Source: Candidatus Omnitrophota bacterium
GTDB lineage: Bacteria > Omnitrophota > Gorgyraeia > Zapsychrales > JANLHA01
Reading direction: 5' to 3'
NCBI GenBank assembly: GCA_029560465.1
Contig: JAKQKX010000082.1
Coordinates: 4,947 to 68,946, forward strand
Length of the DNA stretch: 64,000 bases
Part shown: positions 7,839-15,617 of the stretch, one piece after another
How the letters are laid out: each line of letters starts with the position of its first letter
Position numbering within the stretch: position 1 is the first letter of the stretch
The notes under the pieces: generated by a model
What the model saw: the letters and a program-made list of their open reading frames with translations, nothing else
The model's database searches: none
Told to the model about the DNA's origin: nothing
Translations under genes and position numbers: made by a program

Positions 7839-8483
7839 TCAATTATCCGATGTAAGCAATCTTCGGCGATAATCATCCGCCGCGTCCTGCCGGTCACGCC
7901 GGTACTTGTAGACTTCATCACTAATCCTTGACGCCTCGCGTTGCGCATCCATCACAGCACGATGCTGTGCCTGCCATCCGGCGTCTGGCGCCATCATCAT
8001 TTGTTGTTGGCCTTGGGGCTGTTGAGCCTGGTTCTGTTCCTGGTACGGAGTAAACGCGAAAGCAATTAAGATAACTCCAAGAGCCATGACGACAATGGTC
8101 CCGGATGCAACATAAACCGAATTCTTGGGATTCTTGCGGACATAGGCACCCAAAGGCGAAAGCTTTCCCCTCCACGGACGATAGACAGCCGTAGAAAAAC
8201 GATAGGCTTTTTCTTCAAGCGGAGTCAGTCCCACCGGTATCTCATCGCCGGGAAGCGGCGGAGGCGTTGCTTTATCTCCGGGCAAAGGCGGCGGCTGAAT
8301 ACGGCTTTTGAATAATCCCGCCAATTCCTGAATCTCTACGGCCGGTTTCCAATTATTCATTCCCTCGCACCATGCGAGCATTTGGGAAGTAATCAGGCCT
8401 TCCGTAATATTTTTTTCGATGGCCTCCTGGTCAAACGGGCCGATTTTCTGATTGTCCTTGCCAAAATAATAAACTTTGCCCAT
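7839..8483 (-). CDS. GYF_2/DUF4339 domain membrane protein
   Basis: YYFGKDNQKIGPF...LAWCEGMNNWKPA, two PPPLP motifs, one TM helix and a Gln-rich tail. RBS AAGGAG before ATG 8483. Confidence 0.85.
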   Translation of the reverse strand: MGKVYYFGKDNQKIGPFDQEAIEKNITEGLITSQMLAWCEGMNNWKPAVEIQELAGLFKSRIQPPPLPGDKATPPPLPGDEIPVGLTPLEEKAYRFSTAVYRPWRGKLSPLGAYVRKNPKNSVYVASGTIVVMALGVILIAFAFTPYQEQNQAQQPQGQQQMMMAPDAGWQAQHRAVMDAQREASRISDEVYKYRRDRQDAADDYRRRLLTSDN

Positions 8484-8510
8484 GTCTTCTTCTCCTTTTT
8501 TGTCGCTTCC

Positions 8511-8552
8511 TAAAGTTCCAGAGACGCACAACCATACCTTATTTAGCTTGGG
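8511..8552 (+). repeat. 42-bp imperfect direct repeat, copy 2
   Basis: TAAAGTTCCAGAGACGCACAACCATACCTTATTTAGCTTGGG. Confidence 0.75.
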
Positions 8553-8662
8553 TTACGGCGCGCATCCCCCTCATTCAAAAAACACTCCTTGTTTTTTCAC
8601 CGTAGATCATTTGTTTGCCATCTAGTAAACTCCTTAAATAAATCGACTATACGATCCAACCG

Positions 8663-8698
8663 TCAGCCAAAACTTTTCAAATAAATCTTTTTAATCAT
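8663..8698 (-). pseudogene. miaB: Orphan miaB 5' fragment / att junction 2 (crossover about 8664)
   Basis: ATG ATT AAA AAG ATT TAT TTG AAA AGT TTT GGC TG|A = MIKKIYLKSFG*. Same breakpoint and same TG-N5-TGG pattern as the other two. Confidence 0.65.
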
Positions 8699-8755
8699 AA
8701 TGGGTAATTATCGTTCAAGAAAGTTTTGTAGTATAAAATTTTTGGACTGCATTGA

Positions 8756-10465
8756 TTATCCAATTATTTCTTTAATATAAGGCCCTAAATCCATATCTTT
8801 ATACGAAGTCCCTGCCCGCACAACAGGGTATAAGACTTCCTCGACATCTGTCATGACTTCAAGCAGACAGGGGCCCGAGGATTTCATAAATAAGTCAAGC
8901 CCTTCGGACAACTCGCTACGGGAAGTAATTCTTTTTGAGAATTTGTACTGGCAGTGTTTAGCCAACTCAGAAAAATTCACATCAGATTTTCTTTCAGTGG
9001 CAGAGTGCCTTTTTCCATAGGACACATCTTCAAGATTCCTTACCATGCCATCACTTCGGTTGTTAAGAAGAAGTATTTTAATCGGCAAGTCAAGTGAACC
9101 GATTGTATGCAATTCCCCCATATTCATTCTGAAACTGCCATCCCCATCAATAACGATGACAGTCGCGTCAGGATTTGCGTAATATGCGCCTATCGCGCTC
9201 GGCATCCCAAAACCCATAGTGCCAAAACTTCCGGGTGTAAGAAATGACTTTGGCTTGCTCATCCGCAGATATTGAGCCGCTAAAAGTTGATGATTGCCTA
9301 CGCCTGTTGCAATTATTGTGTTGTTATCTACAAACGTGCTCATAAGGTCGAGCACTTCCGCCTGATGAATCAATTTTCCGTCCCGGCAATAATTCAACGG
9401 CCATGTTTTTTTCAGCTGGACTGCATATTGAATCCAATCATCAATGGCTATTCTTATATTCTTGCGCTTTGCATAATCAGTCAAATCATTAAGAGCACTG
9501 GCGGCATCACCAATAAAAGAAAAATCAGGGTTACGCTCATTTCTTATTTGATGGACTTTCTGGGTATTAATATCTATATAGGCAATTTTAGCTTCAATAG
9601 CAAACCCCACCTTTTCCGCTACACGGTCATCCCAGCGAACGCCAACAGCAAAAAAGAAATCATTTTTCTGGATTATTTTATTAGCGTAAGGCGTTCCAAA
9701 CATGCCTAATAACCCTAAAGAAGATGGCGCGTTTTCGTCAACAACTCCTTTGGCCATTAAGGTATTAACAGAAGGGATATTAAAAAGAGAATTAAATTTG
9801 CGTATGGCATCGCTTCCATCTTTTGAATTAAGGCCTCCGCCTAAATATAATAATGGGCGTTTTGCTTCTGTCAGTAGTTTAAAGAAATGCTCGCACTGTT
9901 TTTCGGAGAAATGCCATTCATTGCTATACACTGTTTTAAACCTATCAAGATTGTTGCCAGCGTATTTGTTAATACTCTGTTGAAGATTGATTGGAATATC
10001 AATAACAACTGGCCCGGGCTTTCCCGATTTTGCCAAGAAATAGGCGTCTTTAATAACGGACTCAATATTGTCGATGCTGTCCACAAGAACAACCTTCTTG
10101 GCAGTAGGCCCGAAGACTGCGGATACGTCAATATGCTGAAATGAGTCAGTCCCAATTTTATGCTCGGGAACCTGCCCGGCGATTACAATCAATGGAATAC
10201 TGTCAGCAAAAGAATCAGCTACAGCAGTTAAAGTGTTGGTAATAGCAGGCCCGGAAGTCACGATAGCGACTCCGACGCTGTCGCTTGCCCGGGAATAACC
10301 GGCGGCGCTAAAAGCAGAAGACTGCTCGTTGGAGTTAACAACAATCTGAATAGAACTTTTCCCCAGCTCATCCATTACCGGAAGTATAGCTGCTCCCGTA
10401 TATCCAAAGATGTGTTTTATCCCGAGGTCTTCCAGGCTTTTAACTAAAATTTCTGCGCCGTTCAT
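8756..10465 (-). CDS. ilvB: Acetolactate synthase large subunit-like ThDP enzyme
   Basis: MNGAEILVKSL...IFGYTGAAILP, VTSGPAITN, GTDSFQ, GKPGPV, GTMGFGMP, and the ThDP motif DGDGSFRMN...LNN. Confidence 0.88.
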   Translation of the reverse strand: MNGAEILVKSLEDLGIKHIFGYTGAAILPVMDELGKSSIQIVVNSNEQSSAFSAAGYSRASDSVGVAIVTSGPAITNTLTAVADSFADSIPLIVIAGQVPEHKIGTDSFQHIDVSAVFGPTAKKVVLVDSIDNIESVIKDAYFLAKSGKPGPVVIDIPINLQQSINKYAGNNLDRFKTVYSNEWHFSEKQCEHFFKLLTEAKRPLLYLGGGLNSKDGSDAIRKFNSLFNIPSVNTLMAKGVVDENAPSSLGLLGMFGTPYANKIIQKNDFFFAVGVRWDDRVAEKVGFAIEAKIAYIDINTQKVHQIRNERNPDFSFIGDAASALNDLTDYAKRKNIRIAIDDWIQYAVQLKKTWPLNYCRDGKLIHQAEVLDLMSTFVDNNTIIATGVGNHQLLAAQYLRMSKPKSFLTPGSFGTMGFGMPSAIGAYYANPDATVIVIDGDGSFRMNMGELHTIGSLDLPIKILLLNNRSDGMVRNLEDVSYGKRHSATERKSDVNFSELAKHCQYKFSKRITSRSELSEGLDLFMKSSGPCLLEVMTDVEEVLYPVVRAGTSYKDMDLGPYIKEIIG

Positions 10466-10537
10466 TGAATGCTCCTTCTTAATGAGTCCATTCGATAATT
10501 TTGATATTTTGTCCAATTTTTTTAATGATGGATTCTT

Positions 10538-10640
10538 TCATGTTTGGGCAAGCAAAACCAATAGGATTTCAAACTCAGATGGGCTCAGATAACCAAGCGT
10601 TGAATGATCCCGTTTACGGTTCTCCCAAAACTTCTCGGAT
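10538..10640 (-). pseudogene. IS3-family transposase C-terminal scar
   Basis: FWENRKRDHSTLGYLSPSEFE matches the IS3 OrfB end motif YNxxRxHSxLGYxSPxEFE. Confidence 0.7.
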
Positions 10641-10776
10641 TCATCTTTATCTCCTGTGTGGTCCATTTCATTGCTAAAGGGGCACAATACGTTTATTTTT
10701 GCCTGAGCCTCATCAACCTTACTTAAAATCTTTTTCATATGACCGCCACCTTACTGGCTTAAGAGTCAAGAAATTG

Positions 10777-11376
10777 CTACGAATTCAATTGTTTAAATAT
10801 TTCACCTATCCAAGCCGGGGCATAACGAATATCGTTTATAAGCTGTTTTTTATCCTCGGCTGATAACTTTTTTTTAAGCGAATTAATAATCTTCTCGTCA
10901 ATATTTCTTTGTTTCATGTAACGGAAAGCCTGAATAACCAAGCCGCTCACACGCCCGGCAGTCGCCATATTCTTTGGTGATGTCTTCTTAAACTTAATTT
11001 GCCAGTTGCCAACTTGAACCGCCCGGGTAGAGCCATTTGTTAATAAAACAATCTTTGCCGGTACTTGATCAGACAACCCCAGCAAGTTGGCCGCGTATGC
11101 TCCTGAAGGCTGAATCTTAAGATTATCTTTTTCAGCAAGCGCGGCGGTAACACGCTCAACGCTCGGCGGCGTTTCTTCAAAATCCGGATGTTTTCGTGGA
11201 TAATCATAAAGTCCACGCGCTAATCTGCGGATATCTCCAGATCGAACCAGTCGGCTCAACGCCTGATCTACAGCGGCACGATTGCCAAGATCAAGAAAAT
11301 GGCTTGGGGCAAATACCCATCCCTTTTTCTTGCCGATAATCCGGCGAAGGATTTTACTCTCAATGGATTCTGTCAT
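10777..11376 (-). CDS. DUF6088 family AbiEi-like antitoxin (orphan)
   Basis: VFAPSHFLDLGNRAAVDQALSRLVRSGDIRRLARGLYDYP and GAYAANLLGLSDQVPAK. Confidence 0.9.
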   Translation of the reverse strand: MTESIESKILRRIIGKKKGWVFAPSHFLDLGNRAAVDQALSRLVRSGDIRRLARGLYDYPRKHPDFEETPPSVERVTAALAEKDNLKIQPSGAYAANLLGLSDQVPAKIVLLTNGSTRAVQVGNWQIKFKKTSPKNMATAGRVSGLVIQAFRYMKQRNIDEKIINSLKKKLSAEDKKQLINDIRYAPAWIGEIFKQLNS

Positions 11377-11393
11377 ATTTATCTCTTTTTATA

Positions 11394-11421
11394 GTCAGAA
11401 ATAATATATTGCACTTCTGAC
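11394..11421. promoter_or_regulatory. Inverted-repeat operator upstream of DUF6088
   Basis: GTCAGAA-N14-TTCTGAC, 18 bp before the start codon. Confidence 0.55.
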
Positions 11422-11442
11422 AGAAAGTAAAGCTGTTTTTAA

Positions 11443-11553
11443 GCTCCTGCGCCTCGCCCGACCCTCACCCCACACCGGCTTCCAAGGACCCGTAGCCATA
11501 TCTAGGAGCATAAAAAATCCCTATGACCGCACGTCTCGATACGACCATAGGGA
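11443..11553 (-). repeat. About 110-bp dispersed repeat, copy 2, including the terminator after the beta-lactamase
   Basis: Homologous to 4562-4671. ATCCCTATG/CATAGGGAT stem plus T6 on the minus strand, 10 bp after the bla stop. Confidence 0.85.
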
Positions 11554-11563
11554 TGACTGATTA

Positions 11564-12355
11564 TTACAAAAGGTTTTGTGACTTAAAGATATTCTCTATG
11601 ATCGTCCTGGCAGTCTTGCCCGAGGGATTCTCGCCTCCGGCAATATTGCAGGCAAAAACGTAGGTCGTGCCGTCATGCTCCAAGAAGCCCACAAACCAGC
11701 CCAAATTCCATTTCCCGTCAGGCCCTGTGCCGGAGCCGGTTTTGCCGTAAAGCGTTCCTTTGGTGGTCTTCTCTACCCGCATGATATCGCGTAGTAGCAC
11801 AATATTCTTTTCAGAAAACGGAAGCTTGCCATCCAAAAGCTTGTTTAAAAGAGCGACCTGTTCATCCGCGCTGATCTTGATAGATGTGGTTTCAGGGCGC
11901 GGAAGCCAGAAGATATCGATCCCGGCAGAAATATCCTGTGAGCCATAGCTGATCTTTCCAATATACTCCTTCATCCGGGCTTCACCGATCTGCTGTGCTA
12001 AGAGCTGGTATGCGGGGACGGCCGACACCCTAAACGCTTCGCGGAGCGTTAAATCCTGATTCCATCCCTCTATGTCACGCTTCACCCCATCCCATTTATA
12101 CCACGATTCATCAGCGCCCTTTATGAGCCCAAGCTCAAGCCCGATGAGCGTATTGTAGATCTTGAATGTCGAGCACGGCGAAAGACGCCGGGCGCTAAGC
12201 TTCGGATCCGCATTGACAACCTCGCCGTTTGCCCGGTTATAAATCACCAGAGCCGCGTCATACCCCTGCAAAAAAGCTTGATCGATTTCCTGAGCAAAGG
12301 AAACCGGCCCCATAAACAAAAAACAGATGCAAAATACGGTTTTATTTATACGCAT
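11564..12355 (-). CDS. Class D (OXA-like) beta-lactamase
   Basis: Signal peptide; PCSTFK, SAV, YGS (YGN variant), FWL, KTG and GWFVG. Confidence 0.9.
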   Translation of the reverse strand: MRINKTVFCICFLFMGPVSFAQEIDQAFLQGYDAALVIYNRANGEVVNADPKLSARRLSPCSTFKIYNTLIGLELGLIKGADESWYKWDGVKRDIEGWNQDLTLREAFRVSAVPAYQLLAQQIGEARMKEYIGKISYGSQDISAGIDIFWLPRPETTSIKISADEQVALLNKLLDGKLPFSEKNIVLLRDIMRVEKTTKGTLYGKTGSGTGPDGKWNLGWFVGFLEHDGTTYVFACNIAGGENPSGKTARTIIENIFKSQNLL

Positions 12356-12364
12356 AAACCCTCT

Positions 12365-13129
12365 TTACTTTTCCGCTACAACAAGCATCTCAAAATCCCC
12401 TGTCGTCAGCTTGTCGTTCCTTGAGTACGCCCCGAGCTTGGCGCCGAAAATATCGATTTTTTTATACCCCAGTGTCTTTAACAGCCATGTGAGTTCACTT
12501 GGCACATAGTAGCGCTCGTTACAGGTTAATTCCTTTTTTGTCCCCGCATCGTCCTCGAACACGACGGTATTGTGGTCCCGGAACGTCATCAGATCGAAAG
12601 AACAATTTTTACACGCTGAATTGCCTTCTTGGGCCGCGGACTCATAAAATTCTTTGACGGAATGAAAAAGCGGAAATAACCCGTTCAATGTCGTGAATAT
12701 AAACTTGCCCTTATCTTTTAACGCCTTTGTCGCGTTCTTCAATATTTCGTAATTCATCTCATCCGTTTCCATCAAAGAAAAACCGCCCTCACAGAGCATG
12801 ATCGCCAGATCGAATGCGTCTTCAAAAGGAAGGTTGCGTGCGTCATGTTTCTGAAAATCGATTGTCACCCCTGCCTCTTTGGCTTTTTCCTTTGCCCTTG
12901 CAAGCTGTGAGTCGGACAAATCCACGCCAGTCACGTTATTATACCCCCTTTTCGTCAGTTCGAGCGAATGACGGCCGGTGCCGCAACCGATATCGATGAT
13001 CTTTAAGGACTTATCGCGGCCGATTTCAGCTTCAATAAAATCGCATTCGCCCACAGTCCCCTGAACAAAGCATTCCTTATCGTATTTGCGGGCGTAATTC
13101 TCAAATAATGATTCGTACCATTGTTTCAT
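12365..13129 (-). CDS. Class I SAM-dependent methyltransferase
   Basis: IIDIGCGTGRH, VTGVDLS and DARNLPF. Confidence 0.92.
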   Translation of the reverse strand: MKQWYESLFENYARKYDKECFVQGTVGECDFIEAEIGRDKSLKIIDIGCGTGRHSLELTKRGYNNVTGVDLSDSQLARAKEKAKEAGVTIDFQKHDARNLPFEDAFDLAIMLCEGGFSLMETDEMNYEILKNATKALKDKGKFIFTTLNGLFPLFHSVKEFYESAAQEGNSACKNCSFDLMTFRDHNTVVFEDDAGTKKELTCNERYYVPSELTWLLKTLGYKKIDIFGAKLGAYSRNDKLTTGDFEMLVVAEK

Positions 13130-13153
13130 TTGAATTCCTTTCAGGCTATTAGC

Positions 13154-13282
13154 CTATGCCTCTATTCGAATATCGCCTCGGCCAAGATTGTCATCGTCTT
13201 GCTGCAATCCTGCCACCGGCCAACCGTAGGTGGATATGTACACGCGTTTTTGTAGTTCGTTATTTTTCCTTAGGTTATGCAT
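13154..13282 (-). pseudogene. miaB: Orphan miaB 5' fragment / att junction 3 (crossover about 13221)
   Basis: MHNLRKNNELQKRVYISTYG|WPVAGLQQDDDNLGRGDIRIEA*. The 54 nt after the junction match those after junction 1 at 40/54. Confidence 0.78.
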
Positions 13283-13400
13283 CTATATTTTTTATATTTA
13301 TCTCCAAATGGGGATGAATGATTATGGTTTTTGTTAACTTTTAGTCTCCCGCATTGATACTTCCGACCAAAGCCCTGAGCAATATAGGATTTGCATACAA

Positions 13401-14159
13401 TTATTTGAAGGGTAAAAGGAGCATGCCGCCTACATGTTGCCACTTTGCTTTTTTAAATGTTCCGATCCCATATGTTACCGATTTAATATCAGGTCGAGTC
13501 ACAAAACTTTTAAATAAACGATCCCAAAAAGAAAAGATAGTCCCGTAGTTTGAATTTGTTTCACCCCATATTTCCGAATGGTGAATTCGATGCATCCGAG
13601 GCATAACGAAGAAATAATTTAAGAGATTATCCATTTTCTCTGAAAAAGCGATATTACTGTGGTGAAAAAGAATAACTGGCACCATGACCGTGTTATAAAT
13701 AGCCAGGAAAGTAAAATCAAGCCCCAAAAGGCCCAATACAATCAAATTCAGACAATACGAAAAGATTATTTCAAGGGGATGAAACCGTACGGCTGTGGTG
13801 GAATCCATATTGGGGTCAGTGTGATGCATTCGATGGAAACGCCAAAGAAAATAAACTTCATGGTTGAGACGATGCCAGAAGTACATCCACAAATCGAACA
13901 GAATAATGCCGATCAGAATTTTAAAAACATTATGATTCATGGATGATAAAATACCAGCAAATTCCTTGCTGAACCATTTTAGCCATAAAGCAAAATAGGT
14001 GATACCGGCCAGGATAATCATTCGATTGATTGCGGCTATCCCTAAATTGTTCAGGGAGTGTTTGATCCTATATCCGGGATTTTTAAAAAAAGGGAAAAGA
14101 TATTCCAGGGTAAAAATAAGGATGAACGAAATTAAAGCGATTGTTGAATCACGGCTCAT
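13401..14159 (-). CDS. Sterol desaturase / fatty acid hydroxylase family protein
   Basis: His boxes YFWHRLNH, FHRMHH, FHHSN and HRIHH; NYG. Confidence 0.92.
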   Translation of the reverse strand: MSRDSTIALISFILIFTLEYLFPFFKNPGYRIKHSLNNLGIAAINRMIILAGITYFALWLKWFSKEFAGILSSMNHNVFKILIGIILFDLWMYFWHRLNHEVYFLWRFHRMHHTDPNMDSTTAVRFHPLEIIFSYCLNLIVLGLLGLDFTFLAIYNTVMVPVILFHHSNIAFSEKMDNLLNYFFVMPRMHRIHHSEIWGETNSNYGTIFSFWDRLFKSFVTRPDIKSVTYGIGTFKKAKWQHVGGMLLLPFK

Positions 14160-14916
14160 TTAAACTCCAATCGTAAAACGTATATTTGATTCTCCACCTG
14201 GCCGCATCTTGGGAAAGGGGCGTCCCTTCTTCTTCAGACAGATAGCGGGCAATCCAACGTAAAACCGCTTCAGGCTTTCTTCCAAAATCTTCCTTAAACC
14301 ATCCGAAAATGGGCGAAATGTTTGCTATTTTAGTTTCAAAATTAAATGAATTCTTCTTCTTTTGAGCAAGAAATATTCTGCCTTGACTATCGAGCTGCTG
14401 ATCCAGTTTCTCGGCTTCATAGGCTTCATTTCTTAGGGGCGGGCAGCCTTTAGCAGCGCAGACAATGGCAAAGTGAATGCGGGGGTCTTTAAAAATGGGC
14501 CGCATAATTTTATGTTCAATATCGCTTAAAGAGGTTTTCTTGCCGTTAATGGTAACGATTTTTTTATCCCAAACGGTTGATTTAAGGACCATGCCCATCG
14601 CTAACCCGCCGGAGTGTAATTCATTGATGCTTTTTAGCGGATAATTATCACAAATGATCTTTAGCGTCCAGGCATTGTAAGCATTAATCCAAAAAGCAAG
14701 CTTCTCCTTCTCTGACTTAAGTGCATCGGGATTAACGTTAACAAGTTGGTCCAGATAATGCGCAAAATGAATATTTTTACATAAGGACTTATAGTCAACG
14801 GTTCCTTCAACGACGTGTTCATTGAGCGCGGCCGTAAAGAGATGGTGATTACTTTTGGCAAAAGATTGGCTTGTCGACAGAATAAGAAAAATCATTAAAC
14901 CAATTAATCGCTTCAT
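14149..14916 (-). CDS. DUF547 domain exported protein
   Basis: LAFWINAYNA, DPRIHFAIVCAAKGCPPL and YDWSLN. Confidence 0.92.
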   Translation of the reverse strand: MKRLIGLMIFLILSTSQSFAKSNHHLFTAALNEHVVEGTVDYKSLCKNIHFAHYLDQLVNVNPDALKSEKEKLAFWINAYNAWTLKIICDNYPLKSINELHSGGLAMGMVLKSTVWDKKIVTINGKKTSLSDIEHKIMRPIFKDPRIHFAIVCAAKGCPPLRNEAYEAEKLDQQLDSQGRIFLAQKKKNSFNFETKIANISPIFGWFKEDFGRKPEAVLRWIARYLSEEEGTPLSQDAARWRIKYTFYDWSLNEP

Positions 14917-15584
14917 CTTATATACTCCTTCGCCAGTTTCCCGGGAGAAACGCCAGCCAGATATTTTAGGATCAAAATCCCGTTTCTGATTTGCTGTCTT
15001 ATTGGGCCATTTTTCTTAAATTTTCTTGCTGAAGTGATAACTTTTGCGGGAAAAGAATGGATTCTTGTTTTCTTACGTGCTTGGCGCAAGAAATCCACGT
15101 CCTCAAAAAGCGGCCATTCCGGAAAACCGCCCAGCTCATCAAAGAAATTGCGCCTAACGACAATACACTGATCGCCAAAACGCGTAAGGAGTGAATCGAA
15201 GCGCGTTAAATATCCGCATAATTTTAAAAACCAATTATCGCTATCGAAACGCAGACGAAAAGTGCCGATCTGGATTTTGGAATCAGAAAAAATATTATTT
15301 AAAACCACAAAGGCCTCATGAGGCAAACAAGTATCGGCATGCAGAAAAATCAATATGCTTCCCTTTGCATTCTTTGCCCCGCAATTGCACTGTATGCCTC
15401 TCCCAGGTTGAGAAAGGACAACTTGCGCCCCCGCTTTCTCGGCTATCCGTGCTGTTTGGTCGCCGCTGCCCCCATCAGCAACAATGATCTGGACAGAAGA
15501 ATTAAAAGTCCGTATCCTGTCAATGCAACCTGCAATATTTTCCGCTTCATTTAAAGTCGGAATTATGACGGAATAATCAGGCAT
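14913..15584 (-). CDS. TIGR04283 family GT2 glycosyltransferase
   Basis: SVIIPTLNE, DGGS, GRGIQCNCGA, FLHADT, FGDQ, GGFPEWPLFED and TSARKF. Confidence 0.9.
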   Translation of the reverse strand: MPDYSVIIPTLNEAENIAGCIDRIRTFNSSVQIIVADGGSGDQTARIAEKAGAQVVLSQPGRGIQCNCGAKNAKGSILIFLHADTCLPHEAFVVLNNIFSDSKIQIGTFRLRFDSDNWFLKLCGYLTRFDSLLTRFGDQCIVVRRNFFDELGGFPEWPLFEDVDFLRQARKKTRIHSFPAKVITSARKFKKNGPIRQQIRNGILILKYLAGVSPGKLAKEYIR

Positions 15585-15611
15585 TGTTTCAATAAATTAA
15601 ATTGGTATAAT
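15584..15611 (+). promoter_or_regulatory. Extended -10 promoter, probably giving a leaderless transcript
   Basis: TGGTATAAT 15603-15611 ends 7 nt before ATG 15618; no SD sequence. Confidence 0.6.
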
Positions 15612-15617
15612 GAATAT

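Larger units (their letters stand above)
4763..8663 (-). mobile_element. Putative degenerate miaB-integrated unit 2 (about 3.9 kb)
   Basis: Bounded by two miaB-5'/att junctions. Carries the GYF gene, abiEi/abiEii, the TIR gene and a putative integrase tail remnant. Confidence 0.55.
8664..13220 (-). mobile_element. Putative degenerate miaB-integrated unit 1 (about 4.6 kb)
   Basis: Bounded by miaB-5'/att junctions. Carries a methyltransferase, class D beta-lactamase, the 110-bp repeat, DUF6088 antitoxin, an IS scar and ilvB. No integrase visible. Confidence 0.55.

Noticed and set aside
8663-8665. TGA at the MiaB Cys position read as selenocysteine
   Set aside because: The downstream codons (RLDRIV...) are not MiaB Q-M-N and no SECIS-like hairpin is evident. 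A recombination junction fits better.
10538-10738. 66-aa ORF as an intact gene or complete IS
   Set aside because: Only the last 25 or so residues match an IS3 transposase. No DDE core or terminal repeats were found.
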